41,474 nucleotides of DNA from Candidatus Amesbacteria bacterium (lineage in GTDB: Bacteria > Patescibacteriota > Microgenomatia > CAZETR01 > Amesbacteraceae). Location: NCBI GenBank assembly GCA_016219445.1, contig JACRNA010000022.1:1-41474 (forward strand). Reading direction: 5' to 3'. A program made the translations under genes and the position numbers. Below, in pieces: positions 18,087 to 26,374 of this stretch. The stretch's first letter is position 1; every line of letters begins with the position of its first letter. The notes below the pieces were generated by a model, which had not been told where the DNA came from, ran no database searches, and saw only the letters and a list, made by a program, of their open reading frames with translations.

Positions 18087-19823
18087 TTAAAACTGATTTA
18101 AAAAACGAATGTCGTTGCTGTATAACAGTCTTAAATCATCTATTTTGACACCAGACTTCATCATATAAGTTCGCTCTACTCCCCAACCAAAAGCAAAGCC
18201 TGTGTACTTAGTAGTATCAACTTTACCAGCTTTCAAAACATTGGGGTGAACCATGCCAGCCCCACCCAATTCAAGCCAACCTTCTTTGCATAATTTACAG
18301 CCACGTCCCAAACAAATATCACAGGTCACATCGACTTCAAAAGAGGGTTCAGTAAATTGAAAGTGATATGGACGAAGTCGCGATTTACGATTTTGGCCAA
18401 AGAATTGTTTGACAAAGTGATCAATGGTGCCTTTGAGATGAGTAATATTAATGCCCTCATCAACCACTAAGCCCTCAAACTGATGAAACATAACCGTATG
18501 AGAAACATCCGATTGCCTTCTATAACATTTACCTATATTTATCATTCTTATCGGAGGCTTTGTCCTTTCCATCTCCCTAACTTGACCATTACTGGTATGC
18601 GGAGTCAACACTAATTTACCTAACTTCTTATTTTCAGGAACATCAACAAAAAATGTTTCGATATCATCACGGGCCGGGTGTGTCTTTTGCATATTCAAAG
18701 CCTCAAACGCATACCAATCCCAATCAACTTCGGGATAACGGACCCGGACAAAACCAATCTTTTCAAAAATACTGCTAATTTCTTCGATGGCATGAGTTAC
18801 TGGGTGAAGATGGCCAATAGGAGGAAGCTTACCGGGCAGCGTTTCATCGACACTGATTTTCTCAGGTTGCTTGGTGTTTACAAGTGCATTCTCAATAGCA
18901 ATTTTGGCCTCATTAAAGACTCTACCAACTTCTGCATCTCTGATTTCATGAGCAATTTGGGTTAGCTGGCCATTTTTTCCCAAGTAATGCACTCTCAATC
19001 TATCTAATTCTTCAGGATCTTTTGATTCCATAATCATAACCAAGGCTTCATTTTTGATATTCAATAGTACTTCTGGCGAAAGATCTGAAGAGACTATTGT
19101 CGATTCTTTTTTCTTAATTTCCAAGTAGTAGATCACCTTGGTGCAATCTTCTTCATATTCAAAGTTGACCGTGTCAATATATGGAATTTCCGAAGTCGAT
19201 TTTACTTGTGTCCCACCATCAGGAATAGGTGTGTACCCCTCAACCCACATTATTCTCAACGGTTTATTTGTTGGTAAACGTTCAGGAATCCAGGGAGACC
19301 GCTTCTTTAGTTCCGAGAGTGTTACAAACTCAGTATTTATAGCCAACGACTTATCAATAAGATTATTAGTTTTCTCCTTTATTTGTAATTGATATTCCTC
19401 TTTAATTTTTCCTTGATATTTAATAAATGCTTTTTTGCCATGTTGACCCTCTATGGGAACAATATTTGGTAATAATTCTTTGGCCGCTTCATGTAAGATA
19501 TGGCCTGCCGAGTGAACCTGCATATTGTGATAACGCCTAATCCAGTTTATTTCACATTCCACTTTATCACCCATTATTAGTTCACCTTTCAGGACTCCCT
19601 CATGAATAATTTTGTCACCTTTTAACAAAACCTGCTTGACCTCAAAAACGCCACTTTCGAATTTAATTATTCCCTGGTCTGAAGGTTGTCCTCCACCTTC
19701 AGGATAAAAAACAGTTTGATCTAGTACAATTTTACAATTTCCCTTCTTTCCATCCACTTCCAATACCTTGGCTGTGCAAACCTTTTGATATGAATCTTCT
19801 AAATATAATGGTTTTGTTGTCAT
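18087..19823 (-). CDS. pheS: AlaX-like editing domain fused to phenylalanine-tRNA ligase alpha subunit
   Basis: N-terminal LDQTVFYPEGGGQPSD and HSAGH. C-terminal GHLHP, HPARD, FHQFEG, FTEPSFE, GFAFGWGVER. Confidence 0.92.
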   Translation of the reverse strand: MTTKPLYLEDSYQKVCTAKVLEVDGKKGNCKIVLDQTVFYPEGGGQPSDQGIIKFESGVFEVKQVLLKGDKIIHEGVLKGELIMGDKVECEINWIRRYHNMQVHSAGHILHEAAKELLPNIVPIEGQHGKKAFIKYQGKIKEEYQLQIKEKTNNLIDKSLAINTEFVTLSELKKRSPWIPERLPTNKPLRIMWVEGYTPIPDGGTQVKSTSEIPYIDTVNFEYEEDCTKVIYYLEIKKKESTIVSSDLSPEVLLNIKNEALVMIMESKDPEELDRLRVHYLGKNGQLTQIAHEIRDAEVGRVFNEAKIAIENALVNTKQPEKISVDETLPGKLPPIGHLHPVTHAIEEISSIFEKIGFVRVRYPEVDWDWYAFEALNMQKTHPARDDIETFFVDVPENKKLGKLVLTPHTSNGQVREMERTKPPIRMINIGKCYRRQSDVSHTVMFHQFEGLVVDEGINITHLKGTIDHFVKQFFGQNRKSRLRPYHFQFTEPSFEVDVTCDICLGRGCKLCKEGWLELGGAGMVHPNVLKAGKVDTTKYTGFAFGWGVERTYMMKSGVKIDDLRLLYSNDIRFLNQF

Positions 19824-19891
19824 ATTGTGCTATAATAACAGTAATTGGTGTAAACCAGTTCGGCATTGAGGCTTGGCCATGAAACTAAGCC

Positions 19892-20368
19892 TCATATTTT
19901 TTGTTGAATCAATTCTAACAGAAATTCCTTTTCTATTTCTTTTCCGTTCTTCAAAAATCTACCCATTCCTCCTTCAATTCCTCTACCGAATGCTACCATT
20001 GTTAATAATCGAAAATACGTATTTAGCTTGTGTTTTACAGGTAGAATTATGAAGCAAAATTCAGCCAATTCAGAAATTACTATTATAGATTTATTGCTTC
20101 TCTGATTTTGATAGTAAAGTTTATAATTAATTTCATTATTACAAATTTGTTCTATAAGCAACATCCGCCGAGCCCTACGAATACTAAATTTTCCTTTATA
20201 TATACCACCTTTGAGATATCCATAGCAACAGTGATCAAAATCCTCGGGGTATATAACTAAATCCAATCCCATAAATTTTAATCTTCGATTTGAAAGTTGC
20301 TTGAATGACTCACGCAATTCATCAACGGAAGACGAATCTAATATTTTTAATTGAGTTGTTTTGAGCAT
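19892..20368 (-). CDS. Hypothetical protein
   Basis: 158-aa AT-rich ORF with TATAAT 7 nt upstream of the ATG. Confidence 0.6.
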   Translation of the reverse strand: MLKTTQLKILDSSSVDELRESFKQLSNRRLKFMGLDLVIYPEDFDHCCYGYLKGGIYKGKFSIRRARRMLLIEQICNNEINYKLYYQNQRSNKSIIVISELAEFCFIILPVKHKLNTYFRLLTMVAFGRGIEGGMGRFLKNGKEIEKEFLLELIQQKI

Positions 20369-20385
20369 ATATTTGATTATAAATC

Positions 20386-20432
20386 AAAAACCCCGCTTTA
20401 TGCGGGGTGAATAAAATAATAGGCTTCACCCC
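20386..20432 (-). promoter_or_regulatory. Terminator with competing antiterminator directly after rplT (attenuator-like)
   Basis: Minus strand reads TAA-ggggtgaa…ttcaccccgc-ataaa-gcgggg-ttttt. Confidence 0.7.
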
Positions 20433-20786
20433 TTACTTCTTGGTAAAGGTAAAACCGGCTTTTTTGACGATTTCAGCAAAGACATTTGGCTGGCGGACCA
20501 CAAGATCGCCCATTATTTTGCGGTCGACTTCTATTTTATTTTTCTTGACACCGTCCATAAATTTGGAATAAGAAACGCCAAAAATCTTGAGCGCAGAGTT
20601 GATGCGCACGATCCAAGTCCTACGCAAGTCTCTTTTCTTGAGCTTTCTGCCATTAAAGGCATATTGTCCGGCATGAAGAACCGCCTCAGCAGCGACTTTG
20701 TATAGCCGGTTTTTGGTCATGCGATAGCCCTTGGCTAGAGCCAATATCTTGTTGTGTCTTGCTCGTCTGTTGTTTTTTACCCGCAT
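20433..20786 (-). CDS. rplT: 50S ribosomal protein L20
   Basis: MRVK…AKGY…WIVRINSA…YSKFM…DRKI. Confidence 0.96.
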   Translation of the reverse strand: MRVKNNRRARHNKILALAKGYRMTKNRLYKVAAEAVLHAGQYAFNGRKLKKRDLRRTWIVRINSALKIFGVSYSKFMDGVKKNKIEVDRKIMGDLVVRQPNVFAEIVKKAGFTFTKK

Positions 20787-20787
20787 A

Positions 20788-20982
20788 TTATTTTCCCATC
20801 ACCTTTCTTATTTTATTGGAAATAGTTTTGCCTAATTCGCGAATCAAGCGATGACGACGGAGTTGGGCTGCCCCTTTGCGGCTTCGCAAATGCCTACCAA
20901 ATGAGGCGCGATGCAAAACCTTACCGTTTTTGGTAATTTTCAGTCTCTTGGTAATAGCTTTTCTGGTTTTTATTTTCGGCAT
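20788..20982 (-). CDS. rpmI: 50S ribosomal protein L35
   Basis: MPKIKTRKAITKRLKITKNGK; position in infC-rpmI-rplT. Confidence 0.95.
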   Translation of the reverse strand: MPKIKTRKAITKRLKITKNGKVLHRASFGRHLRSRKGAAQLRRHRLIRELGKTISNKIRKVMGK

Positions 20983-21479
20983 ACTGCTCCTATATATTGT
21001 TTGCCTACCCATTTGGGCGCTTGCTCAATCTTTGAAATGTCTGCCAGAGCCAATACGACCCTCTGCCAGACGGTGTCACCAAACTCTTTGTGAGTAAGCT
21101 GACGACCTACAAATTTTATCACAAACCTGACTTTGTCGCCATCTGTCAAATAATTTCGGGCTTTGGTCATCTTGGTTTCAAAATCCCCTGCTGCCATAAA
21201 TGGAGTCAGGCGGATCTCTTTGAGCTCGACTTTCTTTTGGGATGACTTGGCTTCGCGCTCTTTTCTAGCCAGCTGGTATCTAAACTTTGAAAACTCAATC
21301 AGTTTAGCCACTGGTGGCAACGCTTGAGGAGCTATCTCTACCAAATCAGTCTGGGCTTTTTTGGCTTCTTCCAGAGCTAATTCTTTGGAAATAACTCCCA
21401 ATTGAGTTCCATCTTCCCGCAAGACCCTCAACTCTTTGGCCTGAATTTGGTTGTTAATGCGATAAAGGACAGTACTCAC
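20970..21479 (-). CDS. infC: Translation initiation factor IF-3
   Basis: RINNQI, DLVEIAP…PPVAKL, KEIRL. Confidence 0.95.
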   Translation of the reverse strand: MSTVLYRINNQIQAKELRVLREDGTQLGVISKELALEEAKKAQTDLVEIAPQALPPVAKLIEFSKFRYQLARKEREAKSSQKKVELKEIRLTPFMAAGDFETKMTKARNYLTDGDKVRFVIKFVGRQLTHKEFGDTVWQRVVLALADISKIEQAPKWVGKQYIGAVCRK

Positions 21480-23212
21480 TTACGGTTGATTATAGCATCT
21501 AATAACCATTTTTTGAACTCCTCGAGCTTGTGAATCTCAGTTTCTTTGAGCCCTCGAGCTCGAACTGCAACAGTTTTGGCCTCAACTTCTTTGTTACCAG
21601 CAACTAGTATAAATGGCACCTTTTGCATTTCAGCATCTCTAACTCTAGCATTTAGCGGTTCGTTTCTCGAATCAAGATCGCATCGGATGTTAACTGATTT
21701 TAACTGATCAGCAACGCTTTTGGCATATTCCAAATGCTTATCTGAAATTGGCAATACCACTACTTGGATTGGAGATAACCATGTGGGGAATGCTCCACCG
21801 TAATGTTCAATCAAAATTCCAATAAATCTCTCAAGAGAGCCATAAATTACCCTATGAATGGCGATTGGTGTTTTTTGAGACCCATCTTTGTCAGAATATT
21901 TTAGATCAAATCGACGAGGTTGCTGAAAGTCTAATTGAACTGTGCCCATTTGCCAACTTCGACCCAAGGCGTCTTTCATTAGAATATCTACCTTGGGACC
22001 ATAAAAGGCTCCGTCTCCATCTTGGATAAAATATTCCACACCACTTTTCTCTAAAATTTTCTTCAATGTATCTTCGGCTCTATTCCAGGTTTCAATATCA
22101 CCCATAAAGTTTTCTGGATTTCTGGTTCCCAGTCTGAAAGAGTATTTCATGCCAAAGATGGAATAAAACCTTTCAACTATTTCAAATACATTTTTATATT
22201 CAGATTCAATTTGATCTTCACTAACATAGATATGGGCATCGTCTTGGCGGAATTCTCTGACTCGCAATAGCCCATTTAGAGTTCCTGACAACTCGTTTCT
22301 GTGTAGTGGATCCGTATCTGAAAGTCTAAATGGAAGATCGCGATAACTACGAGTTTTTGAACCAAAAACAATGTGAGCATTTGGACAATTCATCGCCTTT
22401 ACTCCATATTCACCTTCTGCATCTGTTTTGGCTACAAACATATCCTGCCAGTAGTGATCATAATGACCCGATGTCACATATAATTCTTTTTTATTGAGAA
22501 TTGGTGAAACAATTTCTTGGTACCCTCTCTTTTGATGTTCCTGTCTCCAGAAAGAAACAAGTTCATTGTAAACAATAACTCCCTTTGATAGCCAATACGG
22601 CATTCCCGGTGCAGTCTCGTGGAACATGAATAGTTCAAGCTCTTTGCCTAGTTTTTTATGATCTCTTTTTTTTGCTTCCTCAAGCATATTCAAGTAGTTG
22701 TCTAGTTCTTTCTGAGTTGGCCAACAAGTTCCATAAATACGTGTCAACATCTTGTTTTTCTCATCTCCCCGCCAATATGCTCCAGCAATAGATATAAGTT
22801 TGAAATATTTCAATTCATCTTTTGGATGTTCACAATGGCCGCCGCGACAGAGATCAGAAAATTCTCCAGATTTATAGGCCGTCAATTCACCATCTTTATA
22901 TTGCTCAATAATTTCTAATTTGTAAGGATTTTTAGCAAAGCGCTTTTGGACTTCACTTAGGCTTAACTTCTCTTTCTCAAAACCAGTCCAAGTCCTGACT
23001 ATTTCGTGCATTTTGGATTCAATTTTTGGCAAATCTGAACCAGAAATTTTTAAATTGTCGAAATCGTAATAAAAACCATTTTCAATAGAAGGGCCAAGAG
23101 TGGGCAAAGCCTCTGGATAAATATCCAGCACAGCTGCTGCCAATAAGTGAGCGCAGGAATGACGAAGATTTTCTAAGTCATTCGTAGTCATACGATTGTC
23201 ATTCATAGTCAT
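21476..23212 (-). CDS. thrS: Threonine-tRNA ligase (no N-terminal TGS domain)
   Basis: RHSCAHLL, DLCRGGH, RDHKKLG, MNCP, GAFYGPK, GSLERF. Confidence 0.97.
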   Translation of the reverse strand: MTMNDNRMTTNDLENLRHSCAHLLAAAVLDIYPEALPTLGPSIENGFYYDFDNLKISGSDLPKIESKMHEIVRTWTGFEKEKLSLSEVQKRFAKNPYKLEIIEQYKDGELTAYKSGEFSDLCRGGHCEHPKDELKYFKLISIAGAYWRGDEKNKMLTRIYGTCWPTQKELDNYLNMLEEAKKRDHKKLGKELELFMFHETAPGMPYWLSKGVIVYNELVSFWRQEHQKRGYQEIVSPILNKKELYVTSGHYDHYWQDMFVAKTDAEGEYGVKAMNCPNAHIVFGSKTRSYRDLPFRLSDTDPLHRNELSGTLNGLLRVREFRQDDAHIYVSEDQIESEYKNVFEIVERFYSIFGMKYSFRLGTRNPENFMGDIETWNRAEDTLKKILEKSGVEYFIQDGDGAFYGPKVDILMKDALGRSWQMGTVQLDFQQPRRFDLKYSDKDGSQKTPIAIHRVIYGSLERFIGILIEHYGGAFPTWLSPIQVVVLPISDKHLEYAKSVADQLKSVNIRCDLDSRNEPLNARVRDAEMQKVPFILVAGNKEVEAKTVAVRARGLKETEIHKLEEFKKWLLDAIINRK

Positions 23213-23348
23213 AAATTGTTTATTAAAATAAAATAAAAAAGCCCCTTGTTCATTGCTCCCAGGGTTCCAAGCAATTACTATGGTGGCTTAATTAAATATT
23301 GATTATCGCAGGTTGGTAATCTGCAATCAAAAATAAATTGTAATTATA

Positions 23349-24176
23349 TTATACTACCAATCTTTTCAAATAGTCAATGTCCTTTTTGCGGGGACCGTCA
23401 CCGTCACCTGGAACCTCGAGAATTATTGGGCAATTTTCGATTTTCAATTTACAATTTGCAATAAATTTTCGCAAGATATCTTTACCAATTTTTCCTTGAC
23501 CCAGATTTTCGTGCCGGTCGACATGAGAATCAAACTCAGTCTTAGAATCGTTGAAATGAATGGCTGCTAAATATTTGATACCTACTTCGTGGGTAAACAT
23601 ATCCAAGAGCTTGTCGAGGGGTATGCCCGATGCCCAAGCGTGCTGGGTATCGAGGCAAACTCCAATTTTGGGTTTGTCCCCCACTCTATCTATAATTTCT
23701 CTAAGCTCTACCAAGCTAGCTCCTATAGTTCCTGCCTGTCCTGCAGCGTTCTCCAAAATTAATCTCGTTCCTCTGGGACTGCTGTCGAGAATATAATTGA
23801 TTGTAGTCACGATCTGAGTGATCTTGGTTTCAAACCCACTTCCTTTGTGGCTTCCGACATGGAATATGGTTCCAGACCCACCAATTTCTCCCGCCAATTG
23901 CTGATAACTTATGAGTAAATCCCTGCTGGCATTTACATAAGATTTGTCTCCAGAAGCTAGATTTACGAGGTATGGAGCATGAAAAAAGTGCGGACCCATT
24001 TCATATTTTATTTTTGCTTGTTTGTATTTTTCTATCACTTTGACACTTGGGATTTGATACTTGAGACTTCTAGGTGACGAGGCAAACGTCATGAGGCAAT
24101 TTGAACCCAGTTTAGAAGCTCTTTCGATGGACTTATCAAGACCTCCGGCCATACTTACGTGCGCCCCAATATACAT
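23349..24176 (-). CDS. nfo: Endonuclease IV
   Basis: IGAHVS, HAPYLVNL, LENAAG, CLDTQH, HFNDSK, DRHENLG. Confidence 0.93.
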   Translation of the reverse strand: MYIGAHVSMAGGLDKSIERASKLGSNCLMTFASSPRSLKYQIPSVKVIEKYKQAKIKYEMGPHFFHAPYLVNLASGDKSYVNASRDLLISYQQLAGEIGGSGTIFHVGSHKGSGFETKITQIVTTINYILDSSPRGTRLILENAAGQAGTIGASLVELREIIDRVGDKPKIGVCLDTQHAWASGIPLDKLLDMFTHEVGIKYLAAIHFNDSKTEFDSHVDRHENLGQGKIGKDILRKFIANCKLKIENCPIILEVPGDGDGPRKKDIDYLKRLVV

Positions 24177-24216
24177 TGTGTCATTATACTCCAAAATTGC
24201 TATAATTGCTTTATTA

Positions 24217-24288
24217 GGGCATTTAGTTCAGGAGTAGAACGCCTCATTGACATTGAGGAGGTCGGGGGTGCGAAGCCTCCAGTGCCCA
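24217..24288 (+). tRNA. tRNA-Val(GAC)
   Basis: Cloverleaf with anticodon arm cctca-ttGACat-tgagg; atypical T-loop TGCGAAG; no encoded CCA. Confidence 0.88.
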
Positions 24289-25356
24289 CTAACAAATTAA
24301 CTTTGCCAATTTTTCTGTCCCTGTATTTATTTGTTCAGAAGTCGGTAAAGCAAAAGATAAACGTAATGATGACGATTTTCCTCCGAAGGGCTGGAAAATA
24401 TAACCTGGGACAAAGGCAATATTTTGCTCGAGGGCTTTGTAATACAATTCTTGGGTATCTATGGATTCGGGTAATGTCATCCAGATAAACATTCCCCCCG
24501 CAGGACTAGTCCAGGATGCTTCTTTGGGCATATATTTAGTGAGAGCCGAAAGCATTGTCTGACACTTATTTTTGTAATAACTTCTTGCAGCATTTAAATA
24601 ATTTGGATAATCGGGATGAGATAAGACATAATTTGAAATTTGCTGTAATAGGCCACTGGTACATAGATCCATGCCGGTTTTCGCTCTAGTCAAAGCCTCT
24701 ATTGTCTCTGGCTTGCCAATCACGATTCCAATTCGTAAGGCCGAACCGACAATTTTTGAAAGTGAGGTCAGATATATAGTCTTGTCTGAATTTAACGAAT
24801 AAATACTCTGCGGTGGTTTGGCATCAAAATAGAGTTGACCATACGGGTCGTCTTCCAGAATCAATTTATTACTTTGGGAAAACTGCTTTCTTGCCGTCAG
24901 ATCCATGGTCTCCCCTGTCGGATTGCCAAAATTGGGAATGACATAGACGGTATTTGCACTTTCAAGATCGGAAACATATTTGGATCCGTAGGCATTGAAG
25001 GCATATAGTGCCGCAAAATAGGTCGGATTGGTCACATACATTTTGTCGCCTGGATTTATAAATACCCGGCCCACGAGATCCAAGGCCTGCTGAGAACCAG
25101 AAGTAATAAGTATACTTTCAGGGGTGACTGAGTACATTTTGGCAAGAGTCTCCCTCAAAGACAAAATACCTTGGGTTGGAGTATATTGGGGGTTTGGCTC
25201 AATGATGGACAGAGCTTCTTTGATCAGATTGAGAGGCAAGGCTTCAGGATTAGGAGTACCCCCGGCAAAAGAAATGAGATTGGGGGTCTCGGTATGCTTT
25301 AACAAATTCATGACAGTTGGGTCGGCAATTTTGGCGAATCTATCTGAATATGTCAT
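24289..25356 (-). CDS. PLP-dependent aminotransferase class I/II (ARO8/LysN-like)
   Basis: ISFAGGTP, GSQQALDL, PNFGNPTG, EDDPY, SLSKI, GGMFIW, LRLSF. Confidence 0.9.
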   Translation of the reverse strand: MTYSDRFAKIADPTVMNLLKHTETPNLISFAGGTPNPEALPLNLIKEALSIIEPNPQYTPTQGILSLRETLAKMYSVTPESILITSGSQQALDLVGRVFINPGDKMYVTNPTYFAALYAFNAYGSKYVSDLESANTVYVIPNFGNPTGETMDLTARKQFSQSNKLILEDDPYGQLYFDAKPPQSIYSLNSDKTIYLTSLSKIVGSALRIGIVIGKPETIEALTRAKTGMDLCTSGLLQQISNYVLSHPDYPNYLNAARSYYKNKCQTMLSALTKYMPKEASWTSPAGGMFIWMTLPESIDTQELYYKALEQNIAFVPGYIFQPFGGKSSSLRLSFALPTSEQINTGTEKLAKLIC

Positions 25357-26189
25357 ATGTATTTATCCAATTGTACTAAATTTTTATATTCAGGAAAAGT
25401 AAACATGTTTTGCATAGACGGAACACCGTCTGATTTTAAACTTAGTAACGAATCTCTAGTTGCTTTCAAGGCAGTAAAGAGTGTAGTAACAGGGTAAGCG
25501 ATCAGTTTATAACCAAGTTGGGTTAAATCTTTTTGACTTAATATAGGTGTTTTACCTCCCTCAAGCATGTTAACAAGTAACGGGATCTGGGTAACTAATT
25601 TGGGGATCTGAATTAGTTGTTCTAAATTTTCAGGTGCTTCAATGAAAATTATATCTGCACCAGCTTCGATATAAGAAAGACTTCGATTGATTGAACTCTC
25701 AAATCCTTCCACTGCGATTGCATCGGTTCTGGCACAGATCGTAAAATCGGGATCCGTTTGAGCATTTTTAGCGGCTATAATTTTGGAACGCATTTCTTCG
25801 ACACCGACCAATTCTTTTCCATCCATATGCCCACATCTTTTGGGATGCTTTTGATCCTCGATAAACATGCTGGCCACTCCGATTCTCTCGTACTCGCGTA
25901 CCGTCATGTAGACATTTCTGGCGTTGCCGTATCCCCCATCACCGTCAGCAAAGACCGGAATATCTATACTCTTTATGATTTTTTCGATAACCGAAGTCAT
26001 ATCCGATAGTCCTAAGAGTCCTACATCAGGAAGTCCCCAATTGACCCCGGCAATAGCAAATCCACCCACAGATAGAGCCTCAAAACCGGCATTTTCTATC
26101 AATTTTGCTGAAAGACAGTCGTGAGCAACCGGAAGCTGAATACTCCCAGGTTTCATTAATAAGTTTTTGAATATTTTTGCTTTTGACAT
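25353..26189 (-). CDS. Isocitrate lyase / PEP mutase family protein (PrpB or oxaloacetate decarboxylase-like)
   Basis: GLPDVG, DGDGGYG, IEDQKHPKRCGH, ARTDA, NMLEGGKTP. Confidence 0.9.
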   Translation of the reverse strand: MSKAKIFKNLLMKPGSIQLPVAHDCLSAKLIENAGFEALSVGGFAIAGVNWGLPDVGLLGLSDMTSVIEKIIKSIDIPVFADGDGGYGNARNVYMTVREYERIGVASMFIEDQKHPKRCGHMDGKELVGVEEMRSKIIAAKNAQTDPDFTICARTDAIAVEGFESSINRSLSYIEAGADIIFIEAPENLEQLIQIPKLVTQIPLLVNMLEGGKTPILSQKDLTQLGYKLIAYPVTTLFTALKATRDSLLSLKSDGVPSMQNMFTFPEYKNLVQLDKYI

Positions 26190-26239
26190 AAAAAATCCCC
26201 GCTATTGCGGGGTTGTAAAACACTTCTACAAAACCCCGC
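26190..26239 (-). promoter_or_regulatory. Attenuator: mutually exclusive antiterminator and terminator hairpins
   Basis: gcggggtt-ttgtagaa-gtg-ttttacaa-ccccgc competes with ccccgc-aata-gcgggg-a-T run. Confidence 0.8.
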
Positions 26240-26284
26240 CTAGGAGGTAAAGTAAAAGTAAAAAGAAACAACTGCTTGGTTCAT
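26240..26284 (-). CDS. Putative Phe/Tyr attenuator leader peptide MNQAVVSFYFYFTS
   Basis: ATG AAC CAA GCA GTT GTT TCT TTT TAC TTT TAC TTT ACC TCC TAG, directly followed by the attenuator hairpins. Confidence 0.75.
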   Translation of the reverse strand: MNQAVVSFYFYFTS

Positions 26285-26291
26285 GTCTTAT

Positions 26292-26320
26292 ATTGTAAAG
26301 AATCTTTCGCTAAATTGCAA
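26292..26320 (-). promoter_or_regulatory. Sigma70-type promoter for the leader
   Basis: TTGCAA-17 nt-TACAAT, 7 nt before the leader ATG. Confidence 0.7.
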
Positions 26321-26374
26321 GCTGCAGTCAATATAGACAAAGTATCTATTCCAATAAATTTTTGAAGTCTGAGG

